DNA from: Bordetella parapertussis
Lineage (GTDB): Bacteria > Pseudomonadota > Gammaproteobacteria > Burkholderiales > SG8-39
Length of the DNA: 64,000 nt
Direction: 5' to 3'
Assembly (NCBI GenBank): GCA_945892985.1
Contig: CAMDDU010000004.1
Span: 9,910-73,909, forward strand
The notes under the pieces were generated by a model. It was given only the letters and a program-made list of their open reading frames with translations, made no database searches and had not been told where the DNA came from. Made by a program: the position numbers and the translations under genes. This document shows positions 7,939-17,336 of this stretch, piece after piece (within the stretch, counting starts at the first letter, position 1; each line of letters opens with the position of its first letter).

Positions 7939-9360
7939 ATGAGTTGGTCCGATAGAATCCAAACCGCGCAGCGGCGTCCCCTGCTCTTTGCATGGGCCGT
8001 ATTCACGCTCTACGGCATATGCGCATGCGCTATTGCACAATTGATCGTGCTGCCGTACATACTGCCCGGCATTCACGCAGGACACGGCTTGCTCGCCGGC
8101 GGCGATTTTCCCGGACTGCATGAAATTGCCATTCGCATGACATCAAAAATCGAACGCGAAGGTTGGTCTGCGTGGGAGCTACTGCCCGGCGGCCACTCTG
8201 CTGCCGGAGTTGCTGGCGCAATTTACGCCCTGACCTATCCCGAGCCCTGGGTGCTTATCCCCTTCAACGCCGGGATGCACGCGCTTGGCGGCCTGATCAT
8301 CATGCGGCTTATCCAAATCCTGACCGCAAATACACCCCTATCGTTCTGGTGCGCCGCGCTGTATGTGGCCTTTCCCTCCTCATTGCACTGGGTCAGCCAG
8401 ATTCAAAAGGACAGCACCTATTTTGCAGGAATGCTTGCAGTCCTTCTTGGTCTGGTTGCGTTGATCCATGCGGCATCCAAAAAAGCGCAGCTATCAGAGA
8501 TGGCCGTCGCACTTGGATTCTTGCTCCTTGGCTTTTTACTTACCGGCGTGGCCCGGCTCTACGGGTTTGAACTCATCCGAGGTGCAGCAGGCTTGATTGC
8601 AGTACTTATCGCCCCCTCCATTTTTCTCAGATGGCGTACAAAAGATATTCCGATCGGCCGCTTGGGCATGGTAGCGGCATTAGTGATAACCGTCGTCATG
8701 GCAGGAAAATACCTGCCTCACGAGAAGAGAATCGAAGTCGAATTGCCCCCAGTCGCCGCCGCCAACGCTAGCACCCAGCCGAAGCCAACATTCCTTGATT
8801 CATCCAAGGCGCAAAATGCCCTGGAATTGGTGTTTCAGTGGCAGCGCAACGAACTCCTTCCGGATGGCGTGGATCACGCCATCATGCGGCTGGCGGTAGC
8901 GCGTCGCGGTTGGAGCGGGCCGTCCTACGCGACTGCGGGCAGCAAGATAGATACAGATGTGGAGTTCATCAGCGCCCGTCAATTCGCACAATATTTTCCC
9001 CGCGCCCTGCAAGTCGGCTTTTTGACGCCTTTCCCTGAACATTGGTTTGCACCGGGCGCCAGCCCCGGCGGAACCATCATGCGAAGAGTGGTTGGACTTG
9101 AGATGCTGATTCTCTATCCGATTCTTCTGGTCGGCTTGCCGCTTGCCGCCTGGCGATGGCGGCGAAGGGTGGAATTCTGGATGATTGTTACCTTTTGCAC
9201 CCCAATCATCGTTGCTTACACTTACGTCATGCCAAACATGGGGGCATTATACCGCATACGATACGGATTTTTAATGTGTCTCGCCGCTATAGGTCTGGCT
9301 GCGATCTGGCTAAACTTGCAGACTTGGCGGGCTAACCCTAAACAAACGTCTGCCAATTGA
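7939..9360 (+). CDS. Polytopic inner-membrane protein of unknown family (candidate Wzy-type polymerase or GT-C)
   Basis: 473 aa with many hydrophobic helices and one long hydrophilic loop (about residues 255-345). I recognise no family motif. The call rests on its position in a Wzx-type locus that has no other polymerase candidate. Confidence 0.35.
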   Translation: MSWSDRIQTAQRRPLLFAWAVFTLYGICACAIAQLIVLPYILPGIHAGHGLLAGGDFPGLHEIAIRMTSKIEREGWSAWELLPGGHSAAGVAGAIYALTYPEPWVLIPFNAGMHALGGLIIMRLIQILTANTPLSFWCAALYVAFPSSLHWVSQIQKDSTYFAGMLAVLLGLVALIHAASKKAQLSEMAVALGFLLLGFLLTGVARLYGFELIRGAAGLIAVLIAPSIFLRWRTKDIPIGRLGMVAALVITVVMAGKYLPHEKRIEVELPPVAAANASTQPKPTFLDSSKAQNALELVFQWQRNELLPDGVDHAIMRLAVARRGWSGPSYATAGSKIDTDVEFISARQFAQYFPRALQVGFLTPFPEHWFAPGASPGGTIMRRVVGLEMLILYPILLVGLPLAAWRWRRRVEFWMIVTFCTPIIVAYTYVMPNMGALYRIRYGFLMCLAAIGLAAIWLNLQTWRANPKQTSAN

Positions 9361-10598
9361 CCCAACACTCGCACATTTGCCGTTTTTGCGATGCGCCTCT
9401 TCGCCACCGGTTTTGCGATCTGGGCCTCAATCCACTTTCGAATGCATTCATTCGCAAGCAGGACCTGAGCCTGATAGAGCCGTTCTACCCGCTCCAGGCC
9501 GACGTATGTGAGCAATGCCTGTTGGTGCAGGTGCCGCAATTCGAATCGCCAGCCCGGATATTCAGTGATTACGCTTATTTTTCTTCCTACTCCGACTCAT
9601 GGCTTGCACATTGCGAAGTATTTGCGAACGAGGCCATTGCGCGCTTTAAGCTTGAAAAACAAAGCCGGGTAGTGGAAATTGCCAGTAATGATGGATATCT
9701 GCTGCAATTTTTCCTGCGCGCAGGCGTACCCGTTTTGGGCGTGGAACCGGCAGCAAACGTCGCCATGGCTGCCCAAGCCAACGGCATCGATACCCTAGTG
9801 GAGTTCTTTGGCCAGGAACTGGCCACAAAAATGGCGGCGGAGGGAAAGCGGGCAGATCTCATCGTATGCAACAACGTTTTCGCACACGTTCCCGATCTGC
9901 ATGACTTCACGCACGGCTTGCGTACCCTGCTTAAACCAGATGGGGTGTTGTCTATAGAGTTCCCGCATTTACAAAAATTGATGGAGCAAAATCAATTCGA
10001 CACAATTTACCATGAACACTTTTGCTATTTTTCGTTCCTGACCGCCAATCGCGTCCTGGCACATTACGAACTTGACATCTTCGATGTCATCCAACTTCCG
10101 ACTCACGGTGGTTCGCTGCGCGTGCTGGCACAGCACGCCGACAGCGGATCCAGACCAGTGTCAGACCGTGTCGCCCAACTGGTTGAGCAGGAAAACCGCT
10201 TTGGCATCGAACGCCTGGATCGGTACCTGGACTTCGACTCCCAGGTGCGCGTCGTGAAACGCGAGTTGCTTAACTTTCTCATTGATACAAAACATCAAGG
10301 CAAGTCCATTGCCGGCTATGGCGCACCAGCCAAGGGAAACACTCTGCTGAATTACTGCGGCATCCGACAGGACTTGCTCGACTACACGGTGGACCGCAAT
10401 CCGGAAAAGCAGGGGCGATTCCTCCCGGGAACGCACATACCGGTATTGGCGCCGGAGAAATTGAAACTCACCAAACCCGACTACGTACTGATTCTGCCAT
10501 GGAACATCAAGGACGAAGTTATTTCACAAATCAGCCATATCCGTGAGTGGGGGGGCCGCTTTGTGATTCCGATCCCATCGCTGCAGGTGTTGGATTGA
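9357..10598 (+). CDS. NDP-hexose C-methyltransferase (TylCIII-like, class I SAM)
   Basis: TTG start with a TTGA overlap. N-terminal Cys4 zinc ribbon (CRFCDAP...CEQCLLVQV), SAM motif VVEIASNDGYLL, and the C-terminal C-methyltransferase domain (IAGYGAPAKGNTLLNYCG..DRNPEKQGRFLPGTHIPV). Confidence 0.75.
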   Translation: MTQHSHICRFCDAPLRHRFCDLGLNPLSNAFIRKQDLSLIEPFYPLQADVCEQCLLVQVPQFESPARIFSDYAYFSSYSDSWLAHCEVFANEAIARFKLEKQSRVVEIASNDGYLLQFFLRAGVPVLGVEPAANVAMAAQANGIDTLVEFFGQELATKMAAEGKRADLIVCNNVFAHVPDLHDFTHGLRTLLKPDGVLSIEFPHLQKLMEQNQFDTIYHEHFCYFSFLTANRVLAHYELDIFDVIQLPTHGGSLRVLAQHADSGSRPVSDRVAQLVEQENRFGIERLDRYLDFDSQVRVVKRELLNFLIDTKHQGKSIAGYGAPAKGNTLLNYCGIRQDLLDYTVDRNPEKQGRFLPGTHIPVLAPEKLKLTKPDYVLILPWNIKDEVISQISHIREWGGRFVIPIPSLQVLD

Positions 10599-11125
10599 TT
10601 TTCACGCCCACCCCCATTGGCGGCACGTACATCGTCGAAATCGAACCCGAGAACGATGATCGCGGGTTCTTCGCGCGAACATGGTGTGCCGAGGAACTTT
10701 CCCGCGCCGGCCTGGTGGCAAACCTCAGCCAGTGCAGCATTTCCAACAACCGTTACGCATACACTCTGCGCGGCATGCACTACCAGACAGAACCAGACAT
10801 CGAAACCAAGTTGGTGTCCTGTCGTGCTGGCGCGCTGTTCGACGTAATTGTCGATCTTCGCCCGGGATCGCCCACGTATAAGCAATGGTTCGGCACAGAA
10901 CTGACTGCCGGCAATTATCGCTCGCTCTATATTTCCCCCGGCATTGCCCATGGTTTTCTGACACTTGAAAACAACACCGAGGTGTATTACCAGATAAGCG
11001 GAACCTACGCACCAACAAGCGGGCGTGGTGTGCGTTGGAACGATCCAGCATTTGACATTCAGTGGCCTGCCAAACCCGCGATGATGGCCGAACGCGACCG
11101 GGATTATCCGGACTTCCTGGCGTGA
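10595..11125 (+). CDS. dTDP-4-dehydrorhamnose 3,5-epimerase family (RmlC-like cupin)
   Basis: ENDDRGFFARTW, LRGMHYQ, KLVSCRAGALFDVIVDLR, GIAHGF. I prefer TTG 10595 (AGGTG 5 nt upstream, overlaps the upstream stop) over the track's GTG 10547. The start is uncertain. Confidence 0.75.
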   Translation: MIFTPTPIGGTYIVEIEPENDDRGFFARTWCAEELSRAGLVANLSQCSISNNRYAYTLRGMHYQTEPDIETKLVSCRAGALFDVIVDLRPGSPTYKQWFGTELTAGNYRSLYISPGIAHGFLTLENNTEVYYQISGTYAPTSGRGVRWNDPAFDIQWPAKPAMMAERDRDYPDFLA

Positions 11126-12027
11126 AAAAGGTTTTGCTCACAGGCGCAAGCGGGTTTATCGGCCGGCACTGCATCCCCGCTCTCGCCGCCCGCGGCTATG
11201 AAGTGCACGCCCTTAGTTCACTAAGTAAGCCCAATGAGCCAGATGCGATTTGGCACAAGGCGGATTTGCTTGATGTGTCCAGCATCGGGCCGCTTGTCGA
11301 AAAGCTGCACCCATCGCATTTGCTGCACCTCGCATGGTATGCCGAACCGGGGAAATACTGGACATCACCAGAAAACCTGCGCTGGGTTGCCGCCAGCATG
11401 GAATTGTTCAGGCAATTCGCCGCATGCGACGGTCAACGACTGGTCGCGGCCGGAACCTGCGCTGAGTATCAGTGGCTTGACGCACTTTACAGTGAGGATT
11501 CGACTCCGACGATCCCCGCCACCCTGTATGGCTCGTGCAAGCACGCTACCCAAATCGCGCTTTCTTCGTATGCAAAGCAATCCGCATTCTCAGTGGCCTG
11601 GGGGCGCATTTTTTCTCTGTATGGGCCACATGAGCACCCTGCCCGGCTTGCCGCTTCGGTCATACGCTCACTGCTGCAAAGCGAATTTGCCAGCTGCAGT
11701 GAAGGCCGTCAGGTACGCGACTACCTTTATGTAACCGATGTCGCAGAGGCCTTTGTCGCCATTCTGGAAAGCCCCCTGTCCGGCCCGGTGAATATCGGTA
11801 GCGGTGCCGGCATTGCGGTCCGGGATCTCGTTAAAAACATCGGAGATCTGACTGGAAAACAAGAATTGATCCAATTGGGCCCCCACCCTGGAAATACAAC
11901 CGAACCGGCGGAGATCGTGGCTGACATTCGCAAGCTTCTGTCGACAGGTTGGCGCCCTGCAACCAAACTCGACAGTGGGCTTACTCAAACCATCGCTTGG
12001 TGGCAGCATCAGTTACACACAAGTTAG
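11122..12027 (+). CDS. NAD(P)-dependent epimerase/dehydratase family protein (probable sugar 4-ketoreductase)
   Basis: GTG 11122 forms a GTGA overlap with the epimerase stop. KKVLLTGASGFIGRH (Rossmann) and LYGSCKHA (YxxxK). Confidence 0.75.
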   Translation: MKKVLLTGASGFIGRHCIPALAARGYEVHALSSLSKPNEPDAIWHKADLLDVSSIGPLVEKLHPSHLLHLAWYAEPGKYWTSPENLRWVAASMELFRQFAACDGQRLVAAGTCAEYQWLDALYSEDSTPTIPATLYGSCKHATQIALSSYAKQSAFSVAWGRIFSLYGPHEHPARLAASVIRSLLQSEFASCSEGRQVRDYLYVTDVAEAFVAILESPLSGPVNIGSGAGIAVRDLVKNIGDLTGKQELIQLGPHPGNTTEPAEIVADIRKLLSTGWRPATKLDSGLTQTIAWWQHQLHTS

Positions 12028-12098
12028 ACAAGTTCGCGAAGCTTTGCCCAGCCGGCACGCTCAGCATCCGTGTCGTTTCTTGGCTACGTGAAAGAAAC

Positions 12099-12941
12099 AT
12101 GATGAAAACAGCGGCATTAACCACAAAAGCGAAATTAAGACGGCTGATATACGCCGTTCCTGGAATGCGACGGCTGCGCGCAGCGCTTGGTAGACTCATG
12201 AACACGCCAGATTTCGATGGCTGGGGAATGGTGACGCACACATTCCCGCCCTGGCACGGAGACGGGAACAAAAATGCTGCCGATTTTTCGCGGGGACATG
12301 AAAAAATTCTTCGTGATGTTACGACAGGAAAATTCACGCTGTCACAGTTCCAAGGTCACGAGAGTATCGAACGAGTCCTTGGTGGGTTGATGTGGCGGCA
12401 TTACCTGGTATTCTGGTCTGCTCGATACGCTGCACAACATTGCAAGCAAAAAATAGCCACACTCGTTGAATGCGGTGTATGTGATGGCCTGACGGCATCC
12501 TTTGCCATGAAATCTATCGACAGTCCATTTCGCGCCTACCTATACGATGCGTGGGCCGGCATGCAAGGCGGAAGTTCGATGGCGGAAACAGAAATGGCGG
12601 GGAACTATGATTACTTGGAATTGGAAGTAACGAAGGCCAATCTGCGCGAGTTTGAAGACTCGATCGTATTCATCCAAGGCTATATCCCGGGGTCGTTTTC
12701 TTCCGCCGGCCTACCCGATGCCATTTGCTGGCTGCATATCGACCTCAATGCGGCTTCCCCGACAAAAGCCACTCTGGAAACCATGTTCGATCGTATGCTA
12801 CCCGGATCAGTAGTTCTATTCGACGACTATGCTTGGCACGCACATGCTGAGACAAAAAGCGTTGTAGATGCCTTTTTTGCGAATAAATCCGGGGCACTAT
12901 TGCCATTCCCCACTGGACAAGCAGTCTTTTTCAAGACTTAG
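12099..12941 (+). CDS. TylF/MycF-like (macrocin O-methyltransferase family) SAM methyltransferase
   Basis: Internal ATG 12099 (MMKTAAL..). LVECGVCDGLTA (SAM motif) and WLHIDLNAASPTKATLETMFDRMLPGSVVLFDDYAW (metal-binding D..D..N region typical of TylF). Confidence 0.7.
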   Translation: MMKTAALTTKAKLRRLIYAVPGMRRLRAALGRLMNTPDFDGWGMVTHTFPPWHGDGNKNAADFSRGHEKILRDVTTGKFTLSQFQGHESIERVLGGLMWRHYLVFWSARYAAQHCKQKIATLVECGVCDGLTASFAMKSIDSPFRAYLYDAWAGMQGGSSMAETEMAGNYDYLELEVTKANLREFEDSIVFIQGYIPGSFSSAGLPDAICWLHIDLNAASPTKATLETMFDRMLPGSVVLFDDYAWHAHAETKSVVDAFFANKSGALLPFPTGQAVFFKT

Positions 12942-13004
12942 CCACCTTCCACAACACGCCCTATGGCAGATCGGTAAAGAGGGGTAATCACAGGCTCGTC
13001 AAGA

Positions 13005-14942
13005 TTAAAGCCACCTTTCCCGCCACGCCTGAAACATCAGAACACCCCACAACTCGTTTTGCCAATTGCGTTGGCCCGAGAGGTGTTCTTCCCATTTTTT
13101 GCGAATCGGCAAGGGGTCAAAATAGCCTTCGGAGCGCAGTCGCGCCTCACCCAGTAGCGTTTCAGCCCAGTCACGCAAGGGGCCCCGCAACCAACTGTCA
13201 ATGGGAATGGCAAATCCCATCTTGGGTCGCTCGATCAGTTCGCGCGGCACATGCTTATAGAGAATTTGACGCAGTATCCATTTGCCTTGCCCTTCCCTTA
13301 TTTTCAAATCCAGCGGCAAGGAGGAGGCCAGCTCGGCTACACGATGATCCAGAAATGGGGCACGCGACTCCAGACTCACACCCATCGTCGCCCTGTCTAC
13401 CTTCGTGAGAATATCGTCCGGCAGGTAGCTCTGCGAGTCAGCATGCATCATGAATTCGGGCAAACCCAGTCCCGCAGGCCAGCGGGATGCATCATTCGCG
13501 ATGGTGGATATAAAACGACTTCCCGCCACCATCTCGATTCCGTGCCAAAGAGAAGTCAAATCAAAATACACCTCGCTGGCGTGCCGCGCGCCCAGCAGCC
13601 GCGCAAGCTTGTGCAGCTTGTCTCCCGGAGCGTTGTAACGCATGCGTCTTGGGATGGCTCCGTTGAAAAAAGAAAATACACGATCCCAATCCTGGGGAGA
13701 AAGAACCCGGATCAGGCGCGCAACCGCCTGGCGGCCCGGCAGGGGCAAGAGTTTTATCCAAGCCCAAAGTTTGCCTCCCCACACATACCGATTGTAGCCG
13801 CCAAAGAGTTCATCTCCGCCATCCCCGGAGAGACTGACCGTCACGTGCGCCCGGGTTAGCCGCGCCACCAGATAGGTCGGAATCTGCGATGAATCGGCGA
13901 AAGGTTCATCGTAGAGGGTTGGCAACAGTGGGATGACATCCAGCGCATCGCGGGGAGTGACATAAAATTCCGTATGTGATGTTCCCAGATGAGCCGCCAC
14001 GGCCTTGGCGTGTTCGGCCTCGTTGAAAGCGCTTTCGTTAAAACCGACGGTAAAAGTGCGGACCTTGCCGGCGCTTTGTTTTTGCATCAGCGCCACAATT
14101 AAAGATGAATCTATGCCTCCGGACAAAAAAGCGCCGACGGGCACGTCAGCAACCATCTGCCCCTCAATCGCCTGGCTGAGCGCCTCCTCCACCTGATCTA
14201 CAGCCCGTGCCGGCATAATCCCGTCTCGGGAAGTTTTAGCGTTATCGCCAAACGACCAATATCTTTGCGTCTCAACATGCCCGTCCGTCCGCGTACCGTC
14301 TATTCGGGCAATGCACCCAGGCTCAAGCTTGCGGATATGTTGATAAATCGTGAAAGGCGCAGGTATGTAATTGAGCTTGAGATACAGGGCAAGCGCATCC
14401 CGGTCCACTTCGGCTTCCCATAGCGGGTGCGCTCGTAACGCCTTCAGTTCCGAGCCAAAAATAAAATGTCCTGCCATATTCCCGTAATAAAGCGGCTTTT
14501 CCCCCATGCGATCACGAACCAGGTAAAGCTGCCTTTCGGCCTTGTCCCAAAGCGCAAACGCAAACATCCCCACAAATCGCCTGACTGCCTCCAATACCCC
14601 CCACTGCGACACAGCAGCGAGCATCACCTCGGTGTCCGAGTGGCCGCGCCAGGCATGGCCGGGCAACTGCTGGCGCAACTCGGCATGGTTGTATATTTCG
14701 CCGTTGAACACGATCGTAAGCCGGCCTGACGATGAAGCCATCGGCTGATGCCCCTCGCTTGACATATCAAGAATCGAGAGTCGGCGGTGCGCCAGGTAAA
14801 TACCCGACGCATTGTCAGACCATATGCCCATATCGTCCGGCCCACGGTGGGCCAGTTGGAGCACCATTTTGGTCGTTATTTCAAGCAAGTTCTCCCTCGC
14901 GATGTCGCGACCGAAAACAAGTTGCCCGGCTATGCCACACAT
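13005..14942 (-). CDS. Asparagine synthase (glutamine-hydrolysing) family amidotransferase, glycan-locus paralogue 1
   Basis: MCGIAG N-terminal Cys nucleophile, PP-loop FLSGGIDSS, 645 aa. It is the last gene of the minus-strand operon. Confidence 0.85.
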   Translation of the reverse strand: MCGIAGQLVFGRDIARENLLEITTKMVLQLAHRGPDDMGIWSDNASGIYLAHRRLSILDMSSEGHQPMASSSGRLTIVFNGEIYNHAELRQQLPGHAWRGHSDTEVMLAAVSQWGVLEAVRRFVGMFAFALWDKAERQLYLVRDRMGEKPLYYGNMAGHFIFGSELKALRAHPLWEAEVDRDALALYLKLNYIPAPFTIYQHIRKLEPGCIARIDGTRTDGHVETQRYWSFGDNAKTSRDGIMPARAVDQVEEALSQAIEGQMVADVPVGAFLSGGIDSSLIVALMQKQSAGKVRTFTVGFNESAFNEAEHAKAVAAHLGTSHTEFYVTPRDALDVIPLLPTLYDEPFADSSQIPTYLVARLTRAHVTVSLSGDGGDELFGGYNRYVWGGKLWAWIKLLPLPGRQAVARLIRVLSPQDWDRVFSFFNGAIPRRMRYNAPGDKLHKLARLLGARHASEVYFDLTSLWHGIEMVAGSRFISTIANDASRWPAGLGLPEFMMHADSQSYLPDDILTKVDRATMGVSLESRAPFLDHRVAELASSLPLDLKIREGQGKWILRQILYKHVPRELIERPKMGFAIPIDSWLRGPLRDWAETLLGEARLRSEGYFDPLPIRKKWEEHLSGQRNWQNELWGVLMFQAWRERWL

Positions 14943-16060
14943 ATGGGGGGACGCCTGCGTAGCATGTCGAGATAGAGCGCGTATGTGCTATCGAGGGTTT
15001 TCATCAATGAAAATTCATTCATAACCCTTTGATGCGCCGCCTCGCCCAATTCGGAACGTCGAGCAGGATCACGCAACAGCCGGATAATCGCCTCCGCGAA
15101 AGCTTGCGGGTTATCAGGATCGACCAGAACCCCGGACGCGCCATCCTGAATAATATGGTTGATCGGATAAATATTGCTGGCAACGACGGGACGCCTCATG
15201 GCCATTGCCTCCAGCAAAACGATTCCGAATCCCTCGGCAGTGGATGCAAATACAAAAATATCCAGATCACGCAAAAACTCCAAAGGAGTCTGACAGAATC
15301 CCTGTATCCGCACATTGCGCTCAACCGCAAGTGCCTTCGCAAGATCCCTCAAGGTGTTGGCGTAGCCCTTGGGATCGCTTCCGGCGAGCAACAACTGCGC
15401 ATCCGGGAACACCTTGCTGACTTCGGGCATGGCCTTAACAAGAGTCTCAAGGCCTTTCCGTTTTTCAAACCGGGCGAGACACCCGATAAAGAAGGGCGGG
15501 CCAGCAGGCTTTGGAGAAACGTCAGGCAACTCCCGCAAAGAAATGCCATGGTAGATCACGGTAACTTTGTCCGTTGGCAATCCGAGGCTATGCCTGCCCC
15601 ATTCGCGAGCACGATTTGATACCGCAATAAAGTGATCCGCTCGCCGCCATGTCCAGCGAAAAATTGGCACAACCCAATGGCCGGAATACGTCGTTTTTGT
15701 ATAGCCGTCATGAATGGTGCTAATCCACATTACGTCCGGACAAAACCACTTCGCCCACGATGCCGCAACATCCGATCGAGGTAGATGCGAATGAAGAACG
15801 TCCGGATGCACCTTCTTCAATAACAGCACCAAGCTGGACCACAAGCCAATTTCAGAAAGACCCGCAGATTTCAAATGAACGACATTTATGCCTGCCGCTT
15901 CAAAATCGGGCTTGAGGTTCCTAGCCCCACCCGGAATGTCTTTTTTAAAATCGGCAACCCAGACAAGATGACCTCGACGCACCATGTCGCGAGCAAGGTC
16001 GAGCAAATGCAACTCCGCCCCCCCCGCCCCGAGAGAATTGATCAGGTACACTATCTTCAC
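14930..16060 (-). CDS. Glycosyltransferase family 4 (GT-B)
   Basis: VKIVYLINSLGAGGAELHL.. at the N-terminus and FVFASTAEGFGIVLLEAMAMRRPVVASN (E-x7-E region). GTG 16060 is preferred because the track start at 16138 would overlap the upstream gene by 47 nt. Confidence 0.8.
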   Translation of the reverse strand: MKIVYLINSLGAGGAELHLLDLARDMVRRGHLVWVADFKKDIPGGARNLKPDFEAAGINVVHLKSAGLSEIGLWSSLVLLLKKVHPDVLHSHLPRSDVAASWAKWFCPDVMWISTIHDGYTKTTYSGHWVVPIFRWTWRRADHFIAVSNRAREWGRHSLGLPTDKVTVIYHGISLRELPDVSPKPAGPPFFIGCLARFEKRKGLETLVKAMPEVSKVFPDAQLLLAGSDPKGYANTLRDLAKALAVERNVRIQGFCQTPLEFLRDLDIFVFASTAEGFGIVLLEAMAMRRPVVASNIYPINHIIQDGASGVLVDPDNPQAFAEAIIRLLRDPARRSELGEAAHQRVMNEFSLMKTLDSTYALYLDMLRRRPPICVA

Positions 16061-16091
16061 AGCATGAGACCCTCTGGAGTCGCCATATGCG

Positions 16092-17330
16092 TCACTCGTG
16101 ACGTCGACCGGCAATTGCTTCGTAGGCCTGGATCTCAATTTGCGTCAGCTTGTCAGGCGCCATCATATTCATCGCTATGGCGCGAGCCTGTTGCCCCAAA
16201 CGCCGCGCCTCATCCGGATCATTGAGCAAGTCGGCCGAAGCGCGCGCCATTGCGCCCCAGTCTTTCTCGTCGACCAAGCGTCCGGTAACGCGATCTTGAA
16301 TCAGTTCCTTCTGCCACTCGAAGTCATACGCCACAATCGGAACTCCGGCCAGACAAGCCTCAACCAGGGCCCGCCCCATGTGCGGAGATAAAACCAAGCT
16401 GGCTTTAGGCAACACATCCGCGATCCACTGCTGCGACTGGTTACCCGCAAAAGAAACATACTCTTTTAAATTCAAGTCCTGAGTCATTCTCTCAAGTTCG
16501 CTCCGAAGACTACCATCCCCGACAAACAGCAATTTAAGGTCGAAACCCATGTCGCGAAGTTCTTTCAAGACCAGCAAATTGTGCTGTGAATGTTTTATCA
16601 ATTCCAGGCGACTGACTGTCATCAAAAAACGGCCATCAAGTCCCAACTCGCTGAGCCTGAAGACACCACCGCTCCGCCTCTTGGGCTCCTCGAAATGTCC
16701 GAGGTGTATCAGGTTTCCGTAGCGAAATACAACCCCGGTTTCCGGTTTGGCACCATTGGCAATCGCATAATCAAGGTTGTTTTGATTTGCGCCGGCGACC
16801 AGCGCGCATTTCGGGAACACGAAGCGCTCTATAAGTTTCTCCAGCCATCGGTAGCGAAACAACCTGGGGAAAACTGCTCTTCCGGTGACTTCGAAATGAC
16901 GGTCATAGTTGAAACACACTCGAATCACAAGAGGGACGTGAAGCAATCGGGAGAGAACCCAGCCCATGAGGCCAAGATAGTAAGGATCGCCAATACGGAT
17001 GATATCGACTTTCTTCTCTTTGGCCATTTTGAACAACAGTCGTATCAATCTGATCTGAGCCAGAAACAGGTTCACTGGCGGGACAAATCGCCAAAATTCA
17101 CTGGCTCCGATTTTTCCTTCCACAAAAACATGCGAATCCGTCAAGTCAGTCACCACGGGCTGACCAAATCGATCCGCCCCGGTCTCAAACAGGCCGGCAA
17201 GTGGATGCACGGAAATGACATGATCAAAGTAGCCGTCCAGCTGCCTGCTTTCCAGAGCCTGGGTAAGATGCCTCTCCCTGATCATCTTCAGGGTGAAGGA
17301 CATATCCAGTAAAAGGATGGTTCGCATCAA
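16092..17330 (-). CDS. Glycosyltransferase family 4 (GT-B)
   Basis: LVLSPHMGRALVEACLAGVPIVAYDFEWQKELIQDRVTGRLV is the C-terminal GT1/GT4 nucleotide-sugar binding region. Confidence 0.75.
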   Translation of the reverse strand: MMRTILLLDMSFTLKMIRERHLTQALESRQLDGYFDHVISVHPLAGLFETGADRFGQPVVTDLTDSHVFVEGKIGASEFWRFVPPVNLFLAQIRLIRLLFKMAKEKKVDIIRIGDPYYLGLMGWVLSRLLHVPLVIRVCFNYDRHFEVTGRAVFPRLFRYRWLEKLIERFVFPKCALVAGANQNNLDYAIANGAKPETGVVFRYGNLIHLGHFEEPKRRSGGVFRLSELGLDGRFLMTVSRLELIKHSQHNLLVLKELRDMGFDLKLLFVGDGSLRSELERMTQDLNLKEYVSFAGNQSQQWIADVLPKASLVLSPHMGRALVEACLAGVPIVAYDFEWQKELIQDRVTGRLVDEKDWGAMARASADLLNDPDEARRLGQQARAIAMNMMAPDKLTQIEIQAYEAIAGRRHE

Positions 17331-17336
17331 TCCCGT

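Noticed and set aside
8892-8899. GGCGGTAG, identical to the RfaH-dependent ops element of enterobacterial LPS operons
   Set aside because: It lies inside a coding region rather than in a 5' leader. An 8-mer is expected about twice by chance in 64 kb on two strands, and no JUMPStart-like context surrounds it.
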